From Chrysomallon squamiferum (Eukaryota; Animalia; Mollusca), in assembly GCA_012295275.1 (NCBI GenBank), contig CM022673.1, forward strand, positions 496,001 to 560,000: a stretch of 64,000 bases of DNA, in the 5' to 3' direction. Each line of letters begins with the position of its first letter. Position 1 is the stretch's first letter. Below the pieces are notes generated by a model. It saw nothing but the letters and a program-made list of their open reading frames with translations, had not been told where the DNA came from and made no database searches. Below are positions 41,206 through 55,154 of this stretch, piece after piece. The position numbers were made by a program, and so were the translations under genes.

Positions 41206-42910
41206 CAATAAACTTGTACATGGAAAAATATTGAATACAATTATAATAATGTTTGAAAATTAAATATAATACTTATAATAAAGTGGTATGTGCAAAATCT
41301 CTGAGTATGAATTAGATTAAACTTATAAAAAGAAATAAATATGGTAATTATAACAAAGTGCATAAACTGAATAAAATTATTATTATATAGCAGAATTAAA
41401 TAGTACAATTATTAATAAACTAATACAATGCATAAATCACTTATATCTTACCCATGTAATTCACTAAGTATATGCTGGCAGACTGTAAATTAAATCCTGG
41501 CACTGTGAGTTACAAAGAAAGTATGACAAACAGGAGTTTGAGTTCTATAACAGTAGACCCCATCATGAATGGAGGGATGAAAGAATTCACAGTGTTTACT
41601 TTATTGGTGTAAATCCCTTCTTGCTTATCTCTGACCCCTCCCACACCAGACCAAACACTGATGACAGGTGCTGTACCAGAGAGAATCTTGAGACCATTAA
41701 AATGGCAGAGCATAAAAGAAGCTTGGGGAGGGGTTCTGCATGTTAAAAGTGGTTGTGAAGTTATGTTAATTGTTTCTGGTGAAAATAAAAGACACTGTTA
41801 AAGTCTCATAAGAGATAGATTTAAGAATGTTGATACTTCTTTAAATACCTCTTCTGATTTAAACTGATTTTAATTTTTATATTAGTTTATTTTAATTTAT
41901 TTGTTATTATTATTATTAATTTTCTTATTTTGTATTTTTGAAGAAAAAAGGAAGAAAATCATAGTTACTTTTAATTAACAAAATCCCAAAAACATTTTAA
42001 AGGAGGAAAAATGTTATGATTTTATGGATAGAATATTACATAAATATAAAAATGATTTTTAACACATTAGGTTCTGGCTTCTTTAATTTCTTTTGCTACT
42101 ACTATTACTATTATTATTGTTATAAAAACCAGTATTAACAAATAAATAAACAAACAAAAACCCCAAATCAACCTACATTACACTCAATACAAGAATAATT
42201 ACCAAACGTTTTTCCCTTTCCGTCTTTTTCTCTCACAGCAATTCACAATAAAAACAAGAGAAAGTTAAAAACATTTTAAAAAGATATCAAATATCTCCCA
42301 TCCCTCCAACCAAACAAGCACCATATGTAGGAACAGCACCCTCTGTTAGCCTCCCTGGTGAGTTCAAAGCCTTGAGGTGGAAACAATAGCCATTTGTCTT
42401 ACATGCACAGTTGCGATTGGAGGAAGGAAGGAAGTTAGAACAAAGCCACATGGCCTACATCCTATCTTCGACACTTATCTAGCATTGCTACTGAGCAATG
42501 CATCATATACAGCCAGCTATAAGAACCCATTGTCTTAGTTTCAACAATAAATAAATGACTATCAGACTCGCTATAACAGCTACTGTCAGCACTGGTGGGA
42601 GAGAACTAGACGCTGATTGTAGATTTGTGCTGATCACATTTCATATACAGAACTGATTGTTCTTACAGGGAACAAGAGGGATTATTATATGTACATGCAA
42701 AGAGTTTAAAACTGTTAAGACTTTATTCAGTTGTTTACCTGTCTGTAACTTTGATAACAATAGTTTACAAACACAAATATTAATATTTAGTAACCATGTA
42801 AATATTCATTTCATAAACATACTATTAAATGGATTTACTCTGGACTAGTTAATGCCAGTATCAGATCTCTAATATAGATATAGCTAGGGAGGAGAACATT
42901 TTAAGTTCAT

Positions 42911-42980
<70 letters not shown>

Positions 42981-43054
42981 TCAGCTACAATGAAAAAGAA
43001 ATTAATTTGTAACAAAGGCAAATAAAATAATAATAATAACAACATTAAAATAAA

Positions 43055-43142
43055 TAATTACATTATTTAATTATCCATTTATTATATTATAATTTAAATT
43101 AAATTCCATTTATATATGTAACCGTTTCAAATACTAAAATAA
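43055..43142 (-). repeat. Right arm of the perfect 88-bp inverted repeat
   Basis: taattacattattt...aattccatttatatatgtaaccgtttcaaatactaaaataa. Confidence 0.95.
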
Positions 43143-43237
43143 ATAAATGTATATATATATACACACACACACACATACACACATAAAATAAAATGATAAA
43201 AAAGTTAATTAATAAATAATAATACTAATAATAGTAA

Positions 43238-43300
<63 letters not shown>

Positions 43301-46300
43301 TGTTTAAAGAATAAAGCATTGTACAAACATCCCTTAGATGAAACAGGCCATAAAAAAAAAAAAAATGCAGTTTATATAATGTTTATACTGTTAGCATGGC
43401 ATAGAATAACAAAGGAAAATTCAATTAATGTTTTCAGAAAGAAAAGAAGAAAAAAGAGGTAATGACTCTTTGTATATGGTTTACAGCGGAAACTATTAAA
43501 GATTTCCTTGCAGTTCTGACTGATGTGGTTCACAGAGTGAGGTCTGGAATAAACAGTCTTTGTCTTTGAGGAGCTGGCCATTGTCAGACTTCATTAAGAC
43601 AACTGGGGCTTTCTCATTTATCACTTTTATATAGCACAAACTACTGTTCTTTGTCTTCTTATCACCTCCCTAGATAAACTCAGCCATTGTAATTGGATTT
43701 GCCAGACTCTCTGTAAGATGAGACACATATTGTGTAAGAGTCATTGTCTGAAGGAAGAGAGACAACCAGATGGTGAATATTAGACACACATTTGTGAGTA
43801 AAAGGTTGAAGAGAAGGGAAGGACAAGAAAGGAGGGGGTGCCAAATGTCCTGGGACTAATTACTGTTCTTCAATGGAAAGATTCTTGTTTAGGTGTTAAT
43901 CCTGACATATGTAGATATCTTTTGTTAAGCCACAGATTGTGCCTAACACACATGTACCTGAATAGTTCAGAACTATCTAATCAAAGTATGTTAAACACAT
44001 TTCACATCAACTCACAGAATAATGAGAAATCATATTAAAAATCTACCTATATACCAACATCGAGTCAAATAGAAAAGATGTATGATGAAAAATACCAGGG
44101 ATAAAATCCTAGCTTTAATATTAATTAAATATATATATATATATGTATCTATATATATTAATAATTTAAGTGAAATAACAAAGCATATGTATTTAATTTG
44201 AAGACATTATTACAGTTTACTAAAATTTGCATTTATTTTAATTTATAAGAATTATAAACATTTTAGTAGACTATTTTTAATGACATATTAATTCATCTGT
44301 GGCACATGAGTGATAACTTTAAAGAACATCAGCATTTAATCTAGAGGACAAAGAGTACACTGCTTTCAGTCAAACTTAATAGATACTCCAGTGATATACT
44401 TTAAATACAATATCACTTAATTACCTCTTGCAAAAAAACCTAATAACAATATTTAATCATTTTGTTGTAGAGACTTTTAACAACAATATTTCGTAATTTC
44501 TTCTTGGAAACTACAATATTTTATAATTTCTTCTTGTAGAATAAGTTATTTCATAATTCTGTCACTGTGTCTTTATCTCATAATTTCTGTATTTGGGGGC
44601 AAAGCTGTCAACAAGCAGTTGAGTACCATTAATGTATTCTTGCACTAGTTTTTGGCCAGTGATCACAGATATTGTTTCGTCAACATTATGCCTCAAATGA
44701 TTAATGAAAAAAAATATTATGAGAACAAATTATTATAAGTGGCATTCTAAACTAAAAATGTCTGTCTGTTTGAAGTTGTTCTGGATCTCCAAGGGTCAGA
44801 GATTGGCAAGTTCAATAGTTTCTTTTACCATTAAAAGTTTTCTTGGAAAACACTGGCACTAGCTGTGTACTGGTTATGGGAAATTATGAAGCTTAATACA
44901 TTCAACTGTCAGCTTTTGAAAAAAAAAATCATAAATCCTTCTAAAGATCTGTTTGATCATGGAGTCAGTGGTATTATGTGGAAAATAAAAGCTTTCACTT
45001 TGTGTAAATAAATAAATTTTTTGAGAATAATAAAGAAAAACTATTCTGGAGCCAACTTGAAAATTTATCAACACTTTTTTTTTTTTTTTTTTTAAAGGAA
45101 GAAAAAAGAAGATATGTTTAGTTAATTCTTATCTTTTTACTTAATTTTTATTTTTTTTTTTTTTTTTTTTTTTTTTACTCTTTGTATTTTAAACTCTTGT
45201 TACTTTAACATTTTTTTTAAAAAGAAGATAATTTTGAAGGTTTTGTTGTCTTGGTATTCTTCTGAATTCTAATAAAATATGTGTGTATGTGTAAGTTCTT
45301 GTAAAATTGACTGTCAATAATCTTGAAAATTATTTCAACAGATGTTGAAAACCATCTATAAAGATGTATTCACCTAACAGCACAAGATAACTATATCAGA
45401 AAATTATTTTACAGATTTGTTTAAATATTTTTTCAACATTTAAAAAAAAAAAAAAAATACACTAGTAGTTTTTTTTTTTTTTTTCAAACAGTGTTGTCAA
45501 AACACATAATCCACTTGAAATGACATTCTGAAAAATCATTTGACTTCCAAACATCTTTTTTTTTTTTTTTTTTTTTTTTTTTATCATTCCCTCTTCCTCA
45601 TTTTTAAAAAAAATAGAAAAATGTATGTAACATGTCAACACATTATGGCTAATGATTTAAACAAGATCACTGCACAATGGAATGAAGACTCTAAAGCGTG
45701 TGCAATGAAGCATGGCAAAATTTACGACAGTGATCATTGTTCCTGACACAGGGTAATAAATAAAAACACCTTCATTTTCTTTGAATCATCGCCTGCAGAA
45801 CATGACACAAGTGGGTACACCAGTTAAAGAAGTCAAGTCTGGAGTGGATGCAATGGTCTTTAAACCAGAGAGTGGTCACCACAGCTTGACAGATTATTGC
45901 CCAGGGCAGACTCAGTGTCTTTAAACAGGTAATTTTACAAAGGGAATAGTGTCCTTTAATGAAGAGTGTGCTTACAGCAGAAATTATCATTAGCTTGGTG
46001 ATGTATGAGTATGTTTTTCTAAAGACATGTTAGAGAAACAGGAGACATATAGAAAAAAAGAGAAAAAGAAAAAGAAAGAAAGAAAAAAAGAAAAAGAAAA
46101 ATGTGAAGGAAAAATAGAAAAAAGGGAGCAAGAGAATGGAAAAGTATTTTGGAAAAAGTGAAAAGAAAGGATAAGTATGAAAGAAACATGAAGCACTGAA
46201 GAAAATAAATATATTTCTTTTATATGAATCAATGTAAACTGTTAAAATTTATGGATGAAATGACAAAATTATAAAAACTAAAATATGAATGGATGAACTG

Positions 46301-47144
46301 ACAAATGAACTAGTCGGAGACAGAAAAATAAAATTGAAAGGCTATTCTGGTTTAAACTAAAGATAGGATCAAAGATTTTTATAAATGTATTTAAGGTAAA
46401 TACAATATTTCATGATACAAATATAAGCATATTATTTGTTCATTCATTCATTCATATGCTTAACCTTTTTTCTTTTCTTATTATTTTTCTTGGGCGATTT
46501 TTATGAAAGGCAAAGGCAAAAAGAACCTATATTTATTTTCACTTTCTTTCAGTCATTTCAAACACTGTCTTGTCTTTCATCCTCAAACCAAATTATTTCA
46601 CAAACAAACTATTAACAGTAGTAAAAAGAAACACACTAAAATATATTCTAAGATTCAACCAAGTAGCAATGTTCCCTTGATGATAGTCACTCCCACGCTC
46701 ACAAAACAGTTACATCTGGGTCAGTGTTTCTTCAGTTCATCATCTCATAATGCACTGCAACAACATTTACATCTGTCAGTCATTTCATATCATCATCTAA
46801 CTGCATCTGTTCTCTTTGATTCCTCAAGGACCCTCAAAATTTAGTATTTGACTTCCGCTGATGTATTTCACAAAAAATAAAAATAAAAATAAAAATAAAA
46901 AAAAGACCAGTTTTATCTTTTATGATATTTTTATAGCTGTGTTTCCACCTGTTCAGACAGTGTTTGAATGATGAAAGGGCAACAAGCTTCAAATATGTCC
47001 CCAAAGTTTGGGGTTCTGGGATTTGCAGTCATTTCTAAGTTGTTCTTTATATAATCTACAAAATAATCTTACAGTCAGGAAGTTATGACTACATATTTTT
47101 CAGACAGATTCCAAAGTGTCCTCAAATGAGAGATAGACAGATAT

Positions 47145-47257
<113 letters not shown>

Positions 47258-48138
47258 CCATTTATATATATTTAAAACATATCAAACTCAAACTAATTAA
47301 TATATTGACATATTTCTTGCAATCCATGACAGATATCTAGAAAAGTAACCAACTGACATAATCTATTTACAAAACTGAAAGAAAAGTTTTTAACTTATTA
47401 TTATTATTAATAATTTAATTATTAAATTTGGAATTCCATAATTATAAGCAATTCATATAATGTAATATAATTAACAGACAAAAACGTCTGTACTACTAAG
47501 CAAGATATATTAACTTATGCAAATGATAAGCCTGAGTTGAAATAGGGAAAAAGATACATAACCAGAAAATATAAGGCAAGTTTTTTCACTAAGTATTGAT
47601 GCACTATTTTATCAAAAATATTTCCAGAAAAATAGTTCATTCCTTCACTACACAGTGGCGTCAATGCAAAATTTCAAGAAAGAATGGGTCTGTTAATAAT
47701 GATAATGTCTTTTCTCAACAGCACAATGTGAAGTCATAGATGTTTTGTATTATTCTTGTACATAAATATTAGAATTATTTCCATCATTTTATTATTATTT
47801 TTGTTTTCATTCTTAATTAGGTTTATTAACTTTGTATGCTTCATTTTTTATTATATGGTATAAAATACAGAAAAGACTAAATGTTAAAAGACTTTAGATG
47901 AATTTTTATTACTGGATATATTAAATAAAAAAAACCCTCCAAAATCCCAAAAGACTGACCAAATACCATTAAAAGACTGAGTTCAGAAATTCAGTGTCAT
48001 TAAAAAATGTTTTAGAATAAAAAAAAGGGATGAGTCACAGCAAAGGAATTAAAGAACAACAGAAAAGTGGCAATCCATCAGAATCCATTTGGTAAATGTC
48101 TCTACATAACAAGTGAAAGAAAAGATTCCTGGAATAAA

Positions 48139-48155
48139 ACAATGGCCTCCATTGT
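48139..48155. promoter_or_regulatory. Inverted paired Sox site ACAATG-N5-CATTGT (SoxE-dimer type)
   Basis: Exact sequence acaatg gcctc cattgt in a GC-richer intronic island; AP-1 site TGAGTCA at 48031-48037. Confidence 0.45.
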
Positions 48156-50252
48156 GTGGTAGCTTCAGCTGGCACATCAATCAGGCTGCTTATAATGGCA
48201 GACATCTGATTGTGTTTAGCCTAGGCCTGTCATGAGGCAGATTCGCTCCACTTCTAATTGCATTTCAGAGGCAAGTTTAGTCAGGCAGCCAATTAACTTG
48301 AGACAAAAGCTTCAGTAAGAAAACAGTCCCAGCTGTCTTAAGAAGTTCTCAGAGGGGTGCACAGCTAGAGGAGGTTTCAGAACTTGCCACTCCCCAAATC
48401 TGAAGATTATGAGATCTATGTTAAAATGTCTGTTTGGAAATGGAAACAATTTTTTTTTGCACATTCTTTAAATTTGTTTTTTCTTTTGTTAAAAGAAAAG
48501 ATGAATGGAACTCTTTTTTATAAAAAAAATTTCAGCATCTTTCAGTATTTGTCTTAATAACAATTTCATTGTCAGTAGAAAATGTACTGAATTTATGTAT
48601 TACTGCTGATGACAGAAAATTACAAAACCCAAAACAAAACAAAAAACCCCCAAAACAAAATGTAAACAGCAACTGAAAGAAACAATTTTTCTCCAAACCA
48701 TAAATTTTTATTTCCCCCTAGAAGCTGCAAAAAAAAATAAAAAAAAAATAAAATAAAAAAAAAAATAAAAATAATAATAATAATATTCAAAGTATATTTT
48801 TTTCATACTTTTTTTCATTTCAACTTATCAGCAACAATCTTAGACATCCAAAAATAATGAAAAGATCCTTTGTTAAGACAGCAAAAATAAAACAAAAAAT
48901 CCCCTGACGACTCATTATAGTTTGGTTAGGACTGGGGCAACAGGAAGTTACTGACAAGAGTTAGTGCCATCTAGCTGCCAGTGTGTTAATGAGCCTCAGC
49001 GAGATGGGCTGAGAAGTTTAGACAAGCATGAAATAGTTTTGTTGGGAAGCTTTCTCTCAGTGACACATTATTACAGGTTTGAGGGGGAGCACAAGAGCTG
49101 CTGCTATCAGTTAAACCTAATAAAAGCTCTTGTTTTCAGTGGCTACTGGCTTATCTCCCCATTACCGGTAATAAAACAATCAGTGCCACTTAAAGCAAAC
49201 CCCAGGGGGTCAGAAGATCTCTGCTGCGAGGGCCAACTTTCACCTATTATGGTCTGTCAGCATGAGACTACCATAAATCTTTAACCATTAGCAGAAATTT
49301 AAGAAAAATCCAACAAAGTGGTGTCAAGTTCTGAACTGTGATTTGTGGATACTTGTCTGAAGGTCACTTTGATTACAAGTAAATTCAAAATTACAGAATA
49401 CAAGGACCTATACTGATTAAATTATTTCAAAATATACTAAGAAAATAATTACTGAATAAAAGTTAAACTCAGACTTTTAGAACATACTGACTTTTAGAAA
49501 TATAATTATATCGTATTATCATAGGTATAGTTATAATTTTTAAATACATGGACCTACACACACACACTTGCTACAACCTAAATATAGCAAGAAAATAATC
49601 ACTGAATTATTGAATCTCAAACATATAGAACACATGGACCTATAATGATATATTTTAAGTAAATAACACCAATGAAACCTCAAAATTATAGAATACTTAT
49701 AACTATATTCACACACACACACACACACAAAATAAATTAAGCAGCAGTAAGAAAAATACTAATGGAATAAGTCTGAATAAAAGTTTTATAATGTTTAAGC
49801 TTGTAATGATAGAGACCATATAACCTATATTGCAGCAACAAAGTAATCATTGGTTTAAAGACAAATCAGATGTATTACCTGCAGTTCACTGGTAGATATT
49901 TATTAAATTCAGTGCTAACAATTGTACTAGGTAATGAAAATTACTTATCTTCTAAAATATATTGGTTGAATATGCAACCTTGAGAAGACTTTCTTGAAAA
50001 TAAAACAGTCTATTCCATATGTTAACTATGTTTTTAGAAATCTGTTCTGGATTACTGAAAATTAATGTATCTTGTCAAATAAGTAAATTTGAGATTGGTA
50101 GAGATTCCATGACAAATGTGCTAAATCCCAGACATGACTGTGAGGAGCAAAACACTTTAAGAGTAATCAAGTAATTGCAAGGAATTCAAACACACAATTT
50201 AACATGACTATAAAATATTACCTATTAGGATAAATAAAACAACAAAATAAAA

Positions 50253-50303
<51 letters not shown>

Positions 50304-52741
50304 AATAAAATAAAATAAAATAAAATAAAATAAAATAAAATAAAATAAAATAAAATAAAATAAATTTAAAAATATTTTTAAAAAACCAACAAAAAACCAA
50401 TCATTTATTGAAATAAAAGCAAAAAGAAGAAATAAAATTAATAATATTAAAGAAAAACGTTTGATATTTATATAGCAACAAAAAATGTTCATTCTTTTTA
50501 AACTAATAAAAAAATAAATAAATAAAATAATAATAATAAAAAAGAGAGAAACTAAAAATATTAATAATTGTAATGTGTTTGTCAATACCTAATAAAAACT
50601 ACAATCATGAAACAGAAAAAATTAGCTTTTTAAATTAAATAAAAAGAAGGAAAAAGTGATAATTATAGGGGATAGAGTGGGATATATAAAACAAAAACAA
50701 AAACTATTATCTCATAATAATTATATTTTCAAAAAAATAAAGATAAAAAGAAACTTTTCTAATTTTTCTCATTAGAACACAATTATTAAAACTTTGACAA
50801 GATATATCAGTTTTTACTACATTTAGTTGTCAACCAAATTATGTAAACTATTAACCAGCAAGGGTTGCCTTCTCAGACAATAAAAATCAAAGCATTTTTC
50901 TGGCAAACATCACAGTTCCACTTTTTGTCAGCAAACTTCCTGGCTCAGTTGGTATGGTTACTGAGATTAATTGCAATTGGCCAAGTTTTGTTTCTAAACG
51001 AATCTACCATTAAAACGTAAAGGACAGCTCTTAATTCCTTTGGACTTGTTGATCCAGCAAATTGAAAAATGGCAATTTAATGAGTCTACACAAATAAAGA
51101 AAACAAGAGACTGTGCTCTAAATATTGCAACAAAGGATTTTGGAATGCTCTAAGAAGAAGATGCTTGAGGCAAAAATATTAGAAATTGTATCATCAGGAA
51201 ATGCTTGCCTGGGACTTAGGTGATACCACAGTACACAATACACACAGACCTACACACAAACGTGCAGGCACCAATGGTAGAATATAAAGTTTTATTACTT
51301 GTTAGGATTTTGTTTTCATTTGTTTTATTTGTTTGGGTTTTTCTTGTGTACATTTTTTATCTTATGTTTCTGTTTGCTTGTACATTTCTTATTTTTATTA
51401 TTTCGGAAAGAAACTGTAAAAGTTAAAAAATAAAATATTACATTATATGATTTAAATTCAATTATAAGTCGATATTTTAGTATGTGGCTGTGAAATGTTT
51501 TAATACACAGGCGTGAATAAAGGAAATCATAAGTTATATTTGTCAAAAGTTTAATCTTGTTTAAATGATTTTTCTTTCACCAATTTGCAATGTTTTATTA
51601 CGCATTTATATACAATGTTTTCTTTTCTCCCTCCCCTCCTTTTTGTAAGGCTAGGATGTATATTAATATTGAAATTTGAGAAACTTATAAAGAAATAAAC
51701 TATTAAAAATTAAAAATTGGTGTTTTTTTTGTTTGTTTTTTAAATATAGGTAAAAAATAAAGAAACATCTGCCATGTTTGAGCTTGGAAACAAAACATAA
51801 ATCTTTATATGCATGGATGATTTCAAGAATGAAAGAAAAGTTGTTTTTTTGGCAGCTTTCACTTTTCTCATCATATTTGTTAACTTTAATTTGAGAAGGT
51901 TAAAAAATAAATTAGGATTTTGTTTTTGTTAATTTTTATTAAATATTTTTTTGTTGTTTTTTTTAGTTTAATTTTTTCTCTTTCTTATATATCAACATAA
52001 TGTAAGAATTAATTAAATAGAAGCTTTAAAAGAAAAAAGATAAATTCTTTCCCTCATTTTTTTCCCTGTTATTTCCCGCTTAAAAAAAACATTTCTTTAT
52101 GCTCTGATTGTCTTTGAAATTAATTCAGAATGAGCTATACAAAAAAAAAAAAAAAATCACCCCAAAAAAAAAGAAAACACCACTAAAACATTCTGTCTCT
52201 TTTACTTAAAATAATTCAGTGTTTAATTCACTGCTGAAGAAATAAATGCAACATGCACATATTTAGTGGCCAAAATAAATTATTTGTTATATATTTTTGA
52301 CAGATTCAGTTCATATCACAATATATTAAATTATCTAATATGTAGTTTTCAGCTTAACTATTTCATTTTGTTGGAACTGTTTTGAAAACAAACAAAAAAT
52401 ATATATATAAAATTTAAAAAAAGTGAATTGTTTTTGAACGAAAATGGTGGGGAAATATTCATTATTTTATAAAAATGAAGATTTAAAGAAACTGAATATA
52501 TTTGGTATTTATTAATTATTTGTTATTTTTTGTTGTTAATGCAATATTTCATTTGGGATTTTCTGTAATTATTTTTAAATCTGAAACATTTTTAATGTCA
52601 TGTTTTGATATTTATTTATTTATTTTAAGTTCATTTTCAGAATGGTTTGCTTTGTTTTGTAGATATATTGTGAATTGAAGATACAAGTTTTATTTTTGCT
52701 AAGCATTTTCTTTATAATAAAAAATAAACTATGTGTCTTAC

Positions 52742-52790
52742 CTGTTGTTCTGTGGTTGTCATGCACAGGACTGGAACTGCTTGATCGATC
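52742..52790 (-). CDS. SoxD: SoxD small upstream exon (49 nt)
   Basis: tatttgcag|GATCGATCAAGCAGTTCCAGTCCTGTGCATGACAACCACAGAACAACAG|gtaaga = DRSSSSSPVHDNHRTT + G. It ends in phase 1, matching the exon starting at 31918, and implies a 20.8 kb intron. Confidence 0.75.
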
Positions 52791-54208
52791 CTGCAAATAA
52801 AAAATAAAAACAAATAATTATATTGTTAACAAATAGCATACACACACATTAAATATATATATAACAAACTGGATCTCCTTTGGACACACACATACACACA
52901 GAGAGTAAGTGAAATTGCAAGGTGTGCAGTATTTATCTTTAAAAAAAATTCTTGCTAAATTTTTAACAAAAAAAAAAAAAGGTTATAGAAACACATAAAA
53001 ATGGTAACATTTGCCTATAAATCTACAAATTCTACTTTTATAACTGTTCATTTCTGAAATGTTCTTAATCATAATATTTCTATTGTAATTACAGAACAGC
53101 AGGATTCCAGCTCTTAAAACACATCTGAACAAAATTATATTTTTAAATTAAAAGAATAAGAAATATCTTTACAAAATTGTGCAGGATTATGCATTCATTC
53201 CAATAGTTTCTTACAAAAAAATAAAAATAAAAACACGTTCTATCAACACGATCAAAACAGTTTTCACTGAAATTTTTTAAAAATGATAAAGTATGGATGG
53301 TTTGTATTTGGTATTTTATTGTATTTTAACGTATATTTTATTTTCACTTTATTTCATTTTATTTTATTTTATTTTTATTTTTTGTTTGGTTTGTTTGTTA
53401 CACAAAGAAAGTTGAAAAGAGATGGAGTGGACAGTATGTGGAAAAACACTTTCCCATAACAAGCTGACGAATGAAAAGCAAACAAGTAGTCAGAAACAAG
53501 CTGATGAAAACATCTGTCTTTGCATTTCTGCACAAACTTCTGCACGTCCATGCACAGCTAATTGGTTTGCATTCTTCACATGGCAAACATTATTATAACA
53601 GACCATGTGAAACAATTAGATTTCTTTTTTCTTTTATTTTGAGGGCTTTCTCAGGGGTGGAGGAGGATGTTTTGCTGCTTGTTTGTTTTGACATCAAACT
53701 TTTGATGATCTTTTTCTTTTATTTTCTTTTATATTTTTTTCTTTTATTTTATTTTTGGCATATATATATGATGAGAAACAATCAGATTTCTCCTTCTTGA
53801 TACCTTTTTTAGTGCTTTGTAGTTGTTTTTTTTAACTTACTTTTAAAAAATATATTTTATTATTTTTCATTTGTTTCTGTTTGTTAGTAATAGTATTTTC
53901 ATTAAAACAATATTAATACAAATATTTGTTTTAAATAGTATTATTATATTTTTTAAAATATATATAAAATCTTTTTTTTTTTTTAAATTATGTTTTCCAT
54001 ACAATAACTATTCATTGATTTACACAATTTATTCAATTATTCTGAAACAAACAATAATCAAACTAAAATTAAAAAATCAATTATTTTCAATATTTAACCT
54101 GAATTAAAACATGAAGAAATTCTATATAACAGATAATAATAAATTTGTTTTACAAAATGATAAATAATAATAATAATAATATATAATTATACTCTCTCTC
54201 TCTCATAC

Positions 54209-54243
<35 letters not shown>

Positions 54244-54694
54244 TTCTTTTTTTGTTCAGTTATAACACTGACTTTAAGGTATTTTTTGACTCTGCCAAAG
54301 TCTTGACATGTTTATGTATTTTAATCAGTACTCTGACTAAATCAAAGAATATGAAACTGAACACATGTTCACAAAATGTCACATCTACCAAAACATTAAA
54401 ATACATAAATATTTCATTTATGTTAATTTCTCACCATCTCTTATTCAGAAAATAAATCATTTTGTTAATTTAAAAACCAAATTGTTATTATATCTAATTA
54501 AGAGAAAAAATTATAAGGAAAACAAAAATGTAATGTAACATAATATAAGTATAATTATAATTATAATTATAATATGATATGTAAGCTGTAACATGACATA
54601 AATAAAACATGTCAAAATGTACTTTAAATTAAAATAATAAAAAATTTAGGTATATATTAAAATAATTCTTGTTAAAATGTTTCTATAATAAAAC

Positions 54695-54732
<38 letters not shown>

Positions 54733-55141
54733 TATATATATATATACACACACATATATATAAAACAAAAACAAAAATCCCATTAGTAAAACAATTAGAA
54801 AAATATAAATAATGAACAGTTGATAAGACAAGTTAACATAAGAACTTGATTTTTTCTCCCCAACTATTCTAAAAACAAATCAAGAAAAATAAATAAATAA
54901 TTTTTTTTAAAAATTAAAAAAAAGAAAAAAAAAAAGAAGAAAAACCAGACTCATCTCCAAAAAATTAAATATTTGTTGATTTTGTTGTGTAATTTACGAG
55001 CAGACCAGTTATAATTTTTAAACTCATTTTGTCTTAAAATTGCATGCAGATGTTTTTCACACACCACACATGTACATATGGTAAATTACAACACTAATTA
55101 GTATGTGATGCATGATGCTGTGTTATTATTATATATGTACA

Positions 55142-55154
55142 AGGTCAAAGGTCA
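55142..55154 (+). promoter_or_regulatory. Perfect DR1 nuclear-receptor element AGGTCA-A-AGGTCA
   Basis: Exact consensus in a SoxD intron. Function is inferred. Confidence 0.35.
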
